From positions 1 through 59,421 of the forward strand of contig CAYRJN010000001.1 of assembly GCA_964424545.1 (NCBI GenBank): a stretch of DNA of 59,421 bases. Reading direction: 5' to 3'. Below the pieces are notes generated by a model that was not told the DNA's origin, did not search any database, and worked only from the letters and a program-made list of their open reading frames with translations. This DNA comes from an uncultured Calditrichaceae bacterium. GTDB taxonomy: Bacteria; Calditrichota; Calditrichia; Calditrichales; Calditrichaceae. Positions 26,684 through 36,765 of the stretch are shown here, piece by piece (within the stretch, counting starts at the first letter, position 1; every line of letters starts with the position of its first letter). Made by a program: the position numbers and the translations under genes.

Positions 26684-27211
26684 TCAGAATAAACGGCGTT
26701 TTATATATTTATCAAGCGTTGAATAGAAGAAAAATATTAATACGACAAAAAGCGCAATGAGCAGTTCTTTATTATATTTTTTACTATAATATGATATATT
26801 GCGTAAAGGCATGTTAAGATAATAATTAATGTTTTCCCACGAAATATTATTTTTAACCCCTTTTTCCGATATAATTTTCGGTTTATCAATTTTTTGCGAA
26901 TAGATTTTGTGGGTGTTTTGGGAAAAAAGAAATAGAGCAACTATAAAAAGTAAAATTAATGATGGTACAAATAACGAATCAAGAAAGAAGTTAATTTGCA
27001 GCGGGTTTAATTTCTCTTTTATTTTTTCGAATAGATCATAATCTATTGACAAAGGTTTAATATCTTTCAGCGAATTGTGCGCGGATGTTTGCTCGTTTAA
27101 TAACCATTTACATCTTTGACAGCGCTGTAAATGTATTAACTTATCTCTATCAAATGAACTTTTGCCATCGGATAAGTAAGTTTCAAAATCGTCGATTGTC
27201 CAGTGCTTCAT
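26684..27211 (-). CDS. membrane anti-sigma factor (zf-HC2-like)
   Basis: HLQRCQRCKWL near the N-terminus, hydrophobic segments, and a 4-nt overlap with the ECF sigma gene. Confidence 0.65.
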   Translation of the reverse strand: MKHWTIDDFETYLSDGKSSFDRDKLIHLQRCQRCKWLLNEQTSAHNSLKDIKPLSIDYDLFEKIKEKLNPLQINFFLDSLFVPSLILLFIVALFLFSQNTHKIYSQKIDKPKIISEKGVKNNISWENINYYLNMPLRNISYYSKKYNKELLIALFVVLIFFFYSTLDKYIKRRLF

Positions 27212-27768
27212 AATATCTCCTCCTTTCGATACTGTTCGAGAAGAATGGCTCTTAATTTTTTGCGTCCACGATGTAGATGAGTCTTAACCGTATTTGCCGG
27301 AATTTTTAATATAGTGCTAATCTCGTCGATATTAAACTGATTCAAATAAAACAATGAAATGCATAATCCTTGCATTATAGAAAGTTGATCGATAGCTCGC
27401 TCTAAAATTGCAACGCTGTCAAAATCGGGGTTGCTTTCCAAATTAATGGTTTGGAAATATTCAATATTGTTAATATCAAAATCATCCGTGTAATGTGCGG
27501 CGTCTTTTTTATTTGAGGCATTTAGCGCCGTGCGATAGACAATGGTATATTGCCATGTTGTAAATTTACTACGGGATTGATATGCGTTAATATTCTGATA
27601 AACTTTAACAAATACATCCTGAGTTACTTCTTCCGCTTTTTCCCTGTTTTTTACGATACGATAAGCTATCGTGAAGACATAGTCCTGATGCAATTCCATC
27701 AAAGATCGTAAGGCTTCCGTATCGCCTTTTTGCAGACGTTTTATTATGTTGCTTTCATTACTCATCAT
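27208..27768 (-). CDS. ECF-subfamily RNA polymerase sigma-70 factor
   Basis: Region 2 YVFTIAYRIVKNREKAEEVTQDVFVKVY and region 4 EISTILKIPANTVKTHLHRGRKKL. Confidence 0.88.
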   Translation of the reverse strand: MMSNESNIIKRLQKGDTEALRSLMELHQDYVFTIAYRIVKNREKAEEVTQDVFVKVYQNINAYQSRSKFTTWQYTIVYRTALNASNKKDAAHYTDDFDINNIEYFQTINLESNPDFDSVAILERAIDQLSIMQGLCISLFYLNQFNIDEISTILKIPANTVKTHLHRGRKKLRAILLEQYRKEEIL

Positions 27769-27877
27769 TATTATAAGACAAGTTGAATAATTAAAAAGTT
27801 TCGCATGGTGAAACCGAATTTTTATTTATCCTGTCATATATTACAGAAATCATTCATTAAAATAAAGGAGAAAGAAA

Positions 27878-28240
27878 ATGGACGTGGATATAGTCGGATT
27901 ATTTGTACCGATAATTTTGTTTATTTCAATTGCCGTAGTGTTAATATTCTTTATCAGAGCGAGATTAAGCGAGAGAAAAGCGATAATAGAAAAAGGGATG
28001 AGCGGAGAAGATTTAAAAATTTTTCTCAATCAGAGAAAATGGAAAATCAGTCCCTATACAACCGCGAAACTCGCTGTAATTGCCATGGGGATAGGACTTG
28101 CTTTACTCATTGGCAGTTTTATTGATAGCCCCATTCAGGAGCAGTTAACTCTTGGTCTGGCTCTTCTTTTTCCCGGAATCGGTTTATTCTTTTTATATAT
28201 GCATATGATAAAAAACAAGAAAGAGAACTTTGAAGGATAA
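27878..28240 (+). CDS. small membrane protein, divergent from the ECF sigma operon
   Basis: Hydrophobic segments at the N-terminus, middle and C-terminus, with a charged loop RARLSERKAIIEKGMSGEDL. Preferred over the overlapping ORF 27805-28125. Confidence 0.55.
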   Translation: MDVDIVGLFVPIILFISIAVVLIFFIRARLSERKAIIEKGMSGEDLKIFLNQRKWKISPYTTAKLAVIAMGIGLALLIGSFIDSPIQEQLTLGLALLFPGIGLFFLYMHMIKNKKENFEG

Positions 28241-28267
28241 AAAAAGCCCCGTCCGGGGCTTTTTTTA
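28239..28267. terminator. bidirectional rho-independent terminator between convergent genes
   Basis: aaaaaaa-gcccc-gtcc-ggggc-ttttttt, with an A-run and a T-run flanking a GC stem. Confidence 0.85.
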
Positions 28268-28317
28268 TTAAGATTAAATCAAGGCAAATATTTAACGTAA
28301 GTTTGGTGCATATGGTA

Positions 28318-31300
28318 CTATCGAATCAATACCATTTTCTTTACCAGCAATTGACTGCCACCCTTAACCTGATAAAAATAGATGCCTGATGCCGCAGGGA
28401 TATTGGAACTATTTTTACCATTCCATTTAACTTTGTGATAGCCCATTTTTACTTTTTCATTCAAAAGGGTCGCAATTTCACGGCCAAGAACATCGAAAAC
28501 TTTAACCGTTATTTTCTGATTATTTAAGGATTCGGGCACTCCGAAGCGGATGGTTGTGCTGGGATTAAACGGATTTGGATAATTTTGTAGTAATTTGAAT
28601 TCCAATGGAATGATCTGCGGTTTAAAGGAGGCATCTTGTGTTGCATATATTTTGAAAGTTTTTTTGGATTTTCCCGGTGTAAAGGTATAAGTATTTTCGT
28701 TATCCATATTGATTATTTTTTCATTTTCCGGATCAATTAAATATACGTATAACGACAATTTATTCAATAATTCGTTATCCCATTTTAACAGATGTGTTTT
28801 TCCGCTTTCGGAAGTTTTAACCTGAAAATTCCAGCTGATTACATCTTCATAGCTTTTAAAACATTCTTTTAATTTCTGAGTCAGTCGTCCTTTGGCATCG
28901 GAGAAGTATAGAGAACAAAATTCGTCAAAATGTGGCGGCTCGTAAATTATATCGTCGCTTTTATTATTTGAAATTCCGATAATATTGCCATCATCGATGT
29001 AGTTCTCGTTAGACAGCGTCAAGTTTAGCTGCCAGTTGGAGATTGATACTTTTTCCAACGTCGATTTTTTAAGACTGCCAAGCGAATCGTTTACGGATTG
29101 TACAATGCGTATTGCCGGGGATTTGGGAAACAGCAAAGTTCCTTTTTGCGATGATTTAATCCAATATCCTCTCCACGGCAGGGCGAGCGCCGTATCCGGT
29201 TTTTCCCAAGTATAGCCCTGAAATTTTTTGTTTTGTATGTACCAATAGACCGCATTGGATTCCAGAACATCAATTAGCGGATATCTTTGACCGGTGCTGT
29301 CGGAGATAAATTCCATTTCGTCCCAATTAACTTTATATCCCAAAGGAATACCGATTTGGTTCCAACCCGCTTCTATAGAGGTGAATATCGTATCGTCGAT
29401 AGACGTTTGTTTATACTCGCTCAAATCAACATGATAGGGTTTAAAAGATTGAATCCAAAACGCTTCGCCCATAGAGACCTCAAAGTTTTTCGGAGGTAAA
29501 TACCCGTTTTCTTCGTTGCTCCAGCGCAGGATAATGGCCGTGCTGTCATCATTTAACTGTTTTAAACTAAAAGTTCGTGATCGGGGAAACGAGACCATGT
29601 ACCAGCGATAACGATTAATATTTACTTCGGAAGAGGCGACTTTAAAACGTGCCGTTTCTTTGTTTTGCAATCCGTGAAGGCCGTTTCCGTGGGTGTCGTA
29701 CGCCCAGATTTGAAATTCGTAATTGCCGTCGTCCAAAGGATAAAAGGTAGCGGATTTTTTCTTAACGCTGTCCGCTTCGTTGATGATCGTTTTGTCGCTG
29801 AGCGAAATTAAGCGATAATGTATATAAAGTAATTCAGGGTCGTCGCCGACGAGATAACCGCTCGTATCATCGGCAAAGAATTCAAAGTGAACGGCTGATT
29901 CCCTAACTTCCGTCGGCGGCCGAGATGTGATGGTTATATTGGGCGGATAATCATCAGAAATCCATACTAAAATATCATGGACAAAGGCAGCCGTGCCTCC
30001 GTGTCCGTCGTTGATCGACACCTCAACATGATTGACTCCGGTGTCGGATAAAGCGGGCGTGCCGCTGATAGCGCCCGAATCGGACAATGAAAGCCAAGAC
30101 GGCATCTGTACGGGACTAAAAGAGAGAGGATCGTTTTCAGCGTCGAATACCCGTATCTTATAGTAGTATTCATTTTCAACGCGAACTTTCTGAGGTGCAT
30201 TGCCAATAATTATCGGGGCATGATTTAATCCGATACCGCTGATTGGGACAATTTTTTGTCCTTTTAAATAATGGGGATCATTTGTGGTAAAAACAAGCGT
30301 ATCCAAATAAATAGCGCGATTTTCCGGTCTGAAAAGAACCGGAATTATGATATCGTCTGCAGGAGCAACAGAGTACGGCGGCGCATCTGCAAGAATAGTA
30401 AATGCAGGCAACGTTTTGGCAAAATTGACGGCGGAAATTTCCAATTCGGCGCCGCCAGCATTGCTAACCGATATATAAAGTGTATCGGATTCTCCAGGAT
30501 AAGCGGAAGTTTCAAGCGTATCCGGACTGATAATAATTCGTCCCTGAAAAGAGCGCGTGGCATAATTTGTTCCTCCAAAGGCGCCTTGGTTAATACGGTT
30601 GCCGTTTGGCTGCGGTTCCATACTGTAATCGTCCGCAGGGTCGCCGGCGTCGATTGTGGGAGACGACGGGTCGATTAATGAAGGGCCGTCATCAGGCATA
30701 TTTATAACGGGCGCAAGATTACTAATTTCAAAACCGTCGTAAACGCCTTGAATATTATCAATAGTGCTATAACGCAATGAAAGATGGTCGGCTGTTACAT
30801 CGCTTAACACGCTAATAGGATTATTCCATAAAATAGCGTTGCGTACTTTTACATCGGAGCCGGTATTGACGTTAATACCGCTAAATAGAGCATTTGTTAA
30901 AGTAATGTTTTTGATATCGACGTTACTGTTATTTATTATCAGGCCGGTGCCAACCGTGTCAATATATAGATTTTTTATCTTTGCCGATGTATTATTCATG
31001 ACCGCGGCAACGGAATCATATCCCATAGCAAAATAGGATAAGTTCAAAGGACGGTTTTGCACCCTTAGGGCCGTATCGCAATTTGATATTATAAATCCTT
31101 TCAATCTTAACGTATCTGCGCCGGGGTGTATTTTTATTCCCTTCCAAAAGGAGTCCTCATCAATTGACTGAAATTCGATAATATCATCAAATGCACCGTC
31201 TAAGGTCAGCGATCCGTAAACATCAAGTTGTAAGTCGGGCATGAATCTAAGATCGGTATTGGCACCTATTATTAAACTATTTCCGTCGGGCACATAAATA

Positions 31301-34300
31301 TCGGAACGTACGTAATACGGCGACTTTGCACTGTCGAGGGCGCCCGTAACGGAGCCTTGGAGTATTCTATCTGCGCTGACAATTTCGATATCCGCATGGT
31401 AATATACATTGCCGCCAGGCTTCCTGTCCGATATCTCAACATCCACGTGGGAATATCCGGTATCCGAAGCGGTGGGTGTGCCGCTCAATACGCCGTTTTC
31501 ATTTACGTTTAACCATTCGGGTCCGTTTTGTATAAAATAACTCAGCGTATCGCCGTCCGGATCGTATACGGGAACGGTATGTTGAAATTCTTCATTAGTT
31601 CCACCGAATAGACGCTCATATTCTTTAGTCAAAACCGGCGGCCGATTGCCGACATTCCCTTCTATGGGAATATTTTGAAAGCGGGCGACAGGATCGTTGC
31701 TTTCAACTTCCAAAAAGTCGGAATATTGACGGTTTTCGGTCGGCGAAAAAACAATCGGGAAGAATAGGTTGTCGCCGGCGCCAAGCAGTAAGTCTCCATC
31801 GTTCTCTAACAGAATGGAGTCAATCTTCAATAGATGAAATTCGGGCGTATTATTTTTTATATAGACCGAATAAATTGAAATATCCTCATCGGAAATATTG
31901 GTTATAGTTACATCTAAAGTGTCGGAACTGTCTATTGCTGTGTTGAAAACGATTTGCGGCGGTTCAAAAACCAAGTTTATTTTTTTAGTTATAGAACGGG
32001 TGGCATACGGCGTTCCACCAAAAAGTCCTTGATTAATGCGTCCGCCGTTGGGCATCGGCTCCATACTGAAATCATCGGCGGGATCTCCGGCGTCAATAGT
32101 CGGAGAATCATAAGCCGGTCTAAAGTATCCCGAATCGGGCGGCATAAAAATAGGCGGCGTTCTTAAAATGGCATTGCTTAGATGCATTCCTCCTATTGTA
32201 TCGATAGTGGAATAAGAGATAAACAGATCGTTTGAGTTTCCAACCTTGCTGACAACCGAGTTGTTGTTGTTATTCCATAAGATTGAATTTTTCACGAGGG
32301 CTTTGCTGCCGTTTTCAATATTAAAACCGCTTTCTTCTGAATTAACAATATTAATATTTTTAAGTAATGAACGCGTACCGCTTTGTAATTCGATTGCCAC
32401 CTTATTCGAATCGAAATTTATGTTATGAATAAATAGCGAATCGTTATTAACAATTAGCGCGGTATCACAATGCGTAATACCGCCAAATCCAAGCTCAACG
32501 GGTCTGCCGTCAGTAAAGATGCCTATCCTTGCATTTTCAATGTTAAACCAAGTGAAACGAACGGTATCGGCCGCGGGAAATATATGCATTCCCTTCCAGC
32601 CTTCGTCCCCATTTTGAGAACGGAAAGAAACCATGGGTTCAACTTCGCCCTGCGGATCAAAGGGGGCTCCTTTAACTTCCATTCGTCCTTCAACATCAAA
32701 GTAAGCTTGGGGAGAGAAATACATAATCACGCCGGGATTTATGATTAAGGAGCTGTCTTGCGGTACTCTAAGATAAGATTCTATTAGATAAGGAGTGTCT
32801 TGTCTTTCCAACACGCCGCTGATATCGCCGCCGATTTTAATACGTAAAACCACTTGAGCGGGAGCAGACCAAAGGGATTCTTTGTTATCGTCAAATACAG
32901 CATTAACCGCATACCAATATTCACTGGCTCCAAAAGCGTCTCGGTCTGTAAATGACGGCTCTGTAGACTGAAATGATCGATAAAAATCGGAGTTTTCGTT
33001 AAAATTAGGCGTAGTGTCTCTGACAATCTGGTAATATTGCAGGGATCCGAGATCTTGAGGGAATTCGGTCCAACTTAGTTCTACGCTATTATCATTATTT
33101 ACGTATACATAGTTTATTGTGGGTTGCCATTGGGGCTTGGAACGGGTGGCATACTGCGTTCCTCCGTACACGCCTTGATTAATGCGTCCGCCGTTGGGCA
33201 TCGGCTCCATACTGAAATCATCGGCGGGATCTCCGGCGTCTATAGTGGGAGACTCTGCGGCCATTCTAAAATATCCTGAGTCCGGCGGCATAAAAATAGG
33301 AGCTTCTTTCTTGTTATCGTATCCGCTAAACGAGCTTATAACGGTATCGACTGTTGAGTAATTAATCCATAGATTTTCGGGATAAGCCTTATTTATTATG
33401 GAGTTCTCATTATTATCCCAAATAATGGAATTTTTTACAAGCGTATTACTCCCAAATTCATTGACGATTCCTGCTGTTTCGGAATTAAATATGTCAATAT
33501 TTTTTATGAATGAACGCGTTCCGTCGCCGAGCACCATGGCCACCCGATTCGAATCGAAAATCATATTTTGCAGATACAAAGAATCCTGCGAAACATAGAC
33601 AGCCGTATCGCTTTTCTGAATGCCGCCCATTTTGAGTTTAAGGGGTCTCGATTCAGAATGAATTGCCGTTTCCGCTCCTTCAATGTTGAACGATTTGAAA
33701 ATAACCGTATCGGAAGCAGAATGAAGGAAAATACCTTTCCATTTACTCTCATAATTTGCCGAGAAAAAATGGGCCATATATTTAGGTGCGCTGTTATCAA
33801 GCAACGCTTTGGCTCCACCGACTAACTGATCACCGCCGTTTTCAATGAGTGAATCGCCTAATACTTGCAGATTTCCGTATACTTCAAAACGCGCATCCGG
33901 TTCAAAAGCGATTTTAACGTTAGCGCCGATTACCAAAGATTCATTTACGGGGACAACAATAGTACTATCCGCAAGATAAGGTTTTAGCGAGTTATTCAAT
34001 TTTCCGTAAACGTCACCATTAAGAGGAATGAATTTTTGGACATATACAGGGTCGGAAGGTAGCGTAAAGGTATTGTCATCGCCATATACCGCTGTAACCG
34101 TATACCAGTAATTTCTAAATTCTCCATAGGCTTCATCATCCGTCAAAACCGTATCATACACAAAATATTGTTTAAAAAACGGAGAATCCGGGCTAATATC
34201 TGTGGATGTGTCTCTTCTTACATTATAAAATTGCAAGGCACCCATTTCGGGGGGCAGGGAATTCCATCTCAGCAATATGGAATCTCTTCCGCTTACTTGT

Positions 34301-36765
34301 GCGAATAGAATGGTTGGTTTCCATTCCGAACCTTTTGGAGCGGTCGTTTCAAAGGTTCCTATGGCTTTGTTAAAGACAACAGGGTCTAATACGGCGTCTT
34401 TATTAAAATCGCCAAAGGCCAGACCATTAGGATTAATCGATGTGCTTACCATAGCGGATGTGTCTTGCGCAAATACAATGGATTCGGGCGCATTGGTCCA
34501 GTTTTCATAAATAACGAGTCGGTTATTATTGGTTACGGCGGCGATATCCATTAATCTGTTCACATTGTTGTTGTATAAATGGCCGCCAAAGTCCTGTATT
34601 ACAATATATTTTAATGTATCGCTGCGCGTATAAGGCAGGTTATTGCTAAGAATAAAATCCCAGCCGTTGCCGGGATTCATTCTGTATATTTTAAAGCTGT
34701 TATCATCCATAAGGGCAATAATTTCCATTAATCCGTCTTTATTCACGTCGGCGAGCTGCATATCAATAAAAGTTTGCCCCGTGATAGAAGATGATTCCAA
34801 TCCGAATTGTTTGTTGGGAGCGCCGCGTAACAATTGTAATGAATTTTGCTTATCGGTTACGGCTATATCAAGCCAACCGTCGCGATCAATATCGCCGACG
34901 CGTAAAATTTTATAGTTTGATAAGGGTGTGATATTGGTAACGGAAGGCATTTGATTTAATTTTACATCATAAAGCATAAAAAGTTGGCTGTTTGATAAAC
35001 CGAGTATATCCGGATCGCCGTTCATATCGAAATCATCAATGAAAAGATCTGATACGCCTGTTATGCTGAGCTCTGCGCTTGCTAAGGAAAAATTGAAATC
35101 AGCGCCATAAGAAGTATTTTCCAAAATATTTATGTTATTATCATCAAAGATTACGATATCCATTTTTCCGTCATTGTTAATGTCGTATTTTAATAATTGC
35201 GTATTAATAGAGGGTAAAACGGATAGGTTCGTTCCCGTTGGAATTGAAACTACATTATCGAAACCGTTGGTATCGTTACCGGCGTAACAAAAAAGCGTAT
35301 CATCCGAAAATGTAATCAGATCAAAGATGTCATCCTCATTAAAAAAACCGCTGAGAAAATTGGTGGTTTGTTTGCCGAGTGGCATCGATTTAAACTTGGT
35401 TAAAAACTTAACTTCTGATTTTACGAGGGAGAGAACATCCAGATCTCTGGACATGTGAAACAGTTTGTCATTGCTACCCTCTTTCGCCCGTATCGGTTTG
35501 ATTACGTCAAAGGATAAATGTTCACCGGGAATCGGACCGCGGCCATAATCTACGACGATAATATTGGAATCCCCCTGATCATAATTAACTGATAGCGGTA
35601 TGTTACCCGAGACGGAACTGTTTAATTGAATTCCGCTCTCCACGGATTGTAAATTGGCGGGAGAAGAGAAAAATAATCTAAAATTATCCAAGCCGTAATC
35701 GATTTGTTCGTTTTGGTCAGGTTGAATCCAATCAAGATTAAATCCGTATTTTAAAAAGAGTTGATCGCCGCCGAGAGCGAAGGCATAATCGCCGGATTCA
35801 AAACCAATTGCATTGGCGATAACCGCATTTAGTGTTCTATCTTGGATGGTGTATACATTTTGCCATGTATTATCGTTTCCGTTGGATTTGTAAATCCAAT
35901 TATCTCCCGCAACCCACATAATCGTTTTGTAATCAAATGTTTCATAACCGTCGATTGTTGAGGCGCCGGCCGGTAAGCCGCTATAGACCATTACAGCCGG
36001 ATCGAACGCTGTGCCGTTATATGTTTTTTTGAAAATATGACTTACCGTATTTATGGGGTCTGTACCGCAAAAATATATATTTTGCCCCATTCCGCCGAAC
36101 GAGTAATATGAACTTGTAACGATTTCATCGGGTATGGTATCATGCGGACTAAAGCTCGGCCCGCCTGGACCTGAACTTTTTAACGACATATTTTTTAATA
36201 TAAAGGTGCTGTCGTTTTTAATACCGTATAGGAAAAAGCCATTGGAACCGGCATCAATAAATCCTTTAATATCAATACCGGGGTCGGGAAGATTGACCGT
36301 ATTCCAAGTATTTCCGAAATTGTTTGAATATATTAATCGGCCGCCATCTCCTCCTGCGTATACTTCATTGGTATAGGAAGAATATTTAACAGCGTTTAAA
36401 CGTATCGCACCTTGATTGGATTCCTGCCAAGTCATAGAACTGTCGAGGGAGCGAATAATCGTTCCGTTGGTTCCGACTGCAAATAAAACAGTCGTGTTGC
36501 TTTGTGAATTGTAAGCAAGGTCAATATCTAACAAATTATTCGTATTTGCAACAGCTTGAGATTGCTCCCAAAGTCCGTCGTCACTAACGCGATAAATCCA
36601 TCCCGAATCGCCTACGGCTACAAGCAGTTTAAAGCCGTCGATAAGCGCGCCGTCATGAATTGCCGGGCCGCCTGGATTTTCATGCATTATTTGCCAGCTA
36701 TCCGAAAAGACATTGTTAAAGGCTATAATGATAAATAAAATAATGGTTAGTATCGTTTTGCGCAT
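28318..36765 (-). CDS. giant (2815 aa) secreted multidomain protein with T9SS C-terminal sorting domain
   Basis: Signal peptide MRKTILTIILFIIIAFNNVFS. Asp-box/BNR-like SLDSSMTW, SNNFGNTW, NDNTW. FG-GAP/VCBS-like DINNDGKMDIVIFD, GDIDRDGWLDIAV, ADVNKDGLMEII. Three beta-helix-like modules each ending in SPTIDAGDPADD(F/Y)SMEP.PNG.RINQG..GGT.YATRS. Two Ig-like units (choice-of-anchor-D-like plus He_PIG-like ...LSGTPT.SDTG). Y_Y_Y-like segment. CTD LLQNYPNPFNPSTTIRFGVPE...GIYFYQV at nt 28321-28563. Confidence 0.9.
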   Translation of the reverse strand: MRKTILTIILFIIIAFNNVFSDSWQIMHENPGGPAIHDGALIDGFKLLVAVGDSGWIYRVSDDGLWEQSQAVANTNNLLDIDLAYNSQSNTTVLFAVGTNGTIIRSLDSSMTWQESNQGAIRLNAVKYSSYTNEVYAGGDGGRLIYSNNFGNTWNTVNLPDPGIDIKGFIDAGSNGFFLYGIKNDSTFILKNMSLKSSGPGGPSFSPHDTIPDEIVTSSYYSFGGMGQNIYFCGTDPINTVSHIFKKTYNGTAFDPAVMVYSGLPAGASTIDGYETFDYKTIMWVAGDNWIYKSNGNDNTWQNVYTIQDRTLNAVIANAIGFESGDYAFALGGDQLFLKYGFNLDWIQPDQNEQIDYGLDNFRLFFSSPANLQSVESGIQLNSSVSGNIPLSVNYDQGDSNIIVVDYGRGPIPGEHLSFDVIKPIRAKEGSNDKLFHMSRDLDVLSLVKSEVKFLTKFKSMPLGKQTTNFLSGFFNEDDIFDLITFSDDTLFCYAGNDTNGFDNVVSIPTGTNLSVLPSINTQLLKYDINNDGKMDIVIFDDNNINILENTSYGADFNFSLASAELSITGVSDLFIDDFDMNGDPDILGLSNSQLFMLYDVKLNQMPSVTNITPLSNYKILRVGDIDRDGWLDIAVTDKQNSLQLLRGAPNKQFGLESSSITGQTFIDMQLADVNKDGLMEIIALMDDNSFKIYRMNPGNGWDFILSNNLPYTRSDTLKYIVIQDFGGHLYNNNVNRLMDIAAVTNNNRLVIYENWTNAPESIVFAQDTSAMVSTSINPNGLAFGDFNKDAVLDPVVFNKAIGTFETTAPKGSEWKPTILFAQVSGRDSILLRWNSLPPEMGALQFYNVRRDTSTDISPDSPFFKQYFVYDTVLTDDEAYGEFRNYWYTVTAVYGDDNTFTLPSDPVYVQKFIPLNGDVYGKLNNSLKPYLADSTIVVPVNESLVIGANVKIAFEPDARFEVYGNLQVLGDSLIENGGDQLVGGAKALLDNSAPKYMAHFFSANYESKWKGIFLHSASDTVIFKSFNIEGAETAIHSESRPLKLKMGGIQKSDTAVYVSQDSLYLQNMIFDSNRVAMVLGDGTRSFIKNIDIFNSETAGIVNEFGSNTLVKNSIIWDNNENSIINKAYPENLWINYSTVDTVISSFSGYDNKKEAPIFMPPDSGYFRMAAESPTIDAGDPADDFSMEPMPNGGRINQGVYGGTQYATRSKPQWQPTINYVYVNNDNSVELSWTEFPQDLGSLQYYQIVRDTTPNFNENSDFYRSFQSTEPSFTDRDAFGASEYWYAVNAVFDDNKESLWSAPAQVVLRIKIGGDISGVLERQDTPYLIESYLRVPQDSSLIINPGVIMYFSPQAYFDVEGRMEVKGAPFDPQGEVEPMVSFRSQNGDEGWKGMHIFPAADTVRFTWFNIENARIGIFTDGRPVELGFGGITHCDTALIVNNDSLFIHNINFDSNKVAIELQSGTRSLLKNINIVNSEESGFNIENGSKALVKNSILWNNNNNSVVSKVGNSNDLFISYSTIDTIGGMHLSNAILRTPPIFMPPDSGYFRPAYDSPTIDAGDPADDFSMEPMPNGGRINQGLFGGTPYATRSITKKINLVFEPPQIVFNTAIDSSDTLDVTITNISDEDISIYSVYIKNNTPEFHLLKIDSILLENDGDLLLGAGDNLFFPIVFSPTENRQYSDFLEVESNDPVARFQNIPIEGNVGNRPPVLTKEYERLFGGTNEEFQHTVPVYDPDGDTLSYFIQNGPEWLNVNENGVLSGTPTASDTGYSHVDVEISDRKPGGNVYYHADIEIVSADRILQGSVTGALDSAKSPYYVRSDIYVPDGNSLIIGANTDLRFMPDLQLDVYGSLTLDGAFDDIIEFQSIDEDSFWKGIKIHPGADTLRLKGFIISNCDTALRVQNRPLNLSYFAMGYDSVAAVMNNTSAKIKNLYIDTVGTGLIINNSNVDIKNITLTNALFSGINVNTGSDVKVRNAILWNNPISVLSDVTADHLSLRYSTIDNIQGVYDGFEISNLAPVINMPDDGPSLIDPSSPTIDAGDPADDYSMEPQPNGNRINQGAFGGTNYATRSFQGRIIISPDTLETSAYPGESDTLYISVSNAGGAELEISAVNFAKTLPAFTILADAPPYSVAPADDIIIPVLFRPENRAIYLDTLVFTTNDPHYLKGQKIVPISGIGLNHAPIIIGNAPQKVRVENEYYYKIRVFDAENDPLSFSPVQMPSWLSLSDSGAISGTPALSDTGVNHVEVSINDGHGGTAAFVHDILVWISDDYPPNITITSRPPTEVRESAVHFEFFADDTSGYLVGDDPELLYIHYRLISLSDKTIINEADSVKKKSATFYPLDDGNYEFQIWAYDTHGNGLHGLQNKETARFKVASSEVNINRYRWYMVSFPRSRTFSLKQLNDDSTAIILRWSNEENGYLPPKNFEVSMGEAFWIQSFKPYHVDLSEYKQTSIDDTIFTSIEAGWNQIGIPLGYKVNWDEMEFISDSTGQRYPLIDVLESNAVYWYIQNKKFQGYTWEKPDTALALPWRGYWIKSSQKGTLLFPKSPAIRIVQSVNDSLGSLKKSTLEKVSISNWQLNLTLSNENYIDDGNIIGISNNKSDDIIYEPPHFDEFCSLYFSDAKGRLTQKLKECFKSYEDVISWNFQVKTSESGKTHLLKWDNELLNKLSLYVYLIDPENEKIINMDNENTYTFTPGKSKKTFKIYATQDASFKPQIIPLEFKLLQNYPNPFNPSTTIRFGVPESLNNQKITVKVFDVLGREIATLLNEKVKMGYHKVKWNGKNSSNIPAASGIYFYQVKGGSQLLVKKMVLIR
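32027..32094 (-). repeat. 68-bp exact intragenic repeat, copy 1
   Basis: ccttgattaatgcgtccgccgttgggcatcggctccatactgaaatcatcggcgggatctccggcgtc is identical to 33173-33240 (offset 1146 nt = 382 codons). A third diverged copy lies near 30585-30660. Confidence 0.9.
33173..33240 (-). repeat. 68-bp exact intragenic repeat, copy 2
   Basis: Identical to 32027-32094. Flanks remain similar for about 150 bp. Confidence 0.9.

Noticed and set aside
29091-36738. About 20 short ORFs on either strand within the giant gene.
   Set aside because: All are nested in one continuous 2815-codon frame with coherent domain architecture, and none has independent support.
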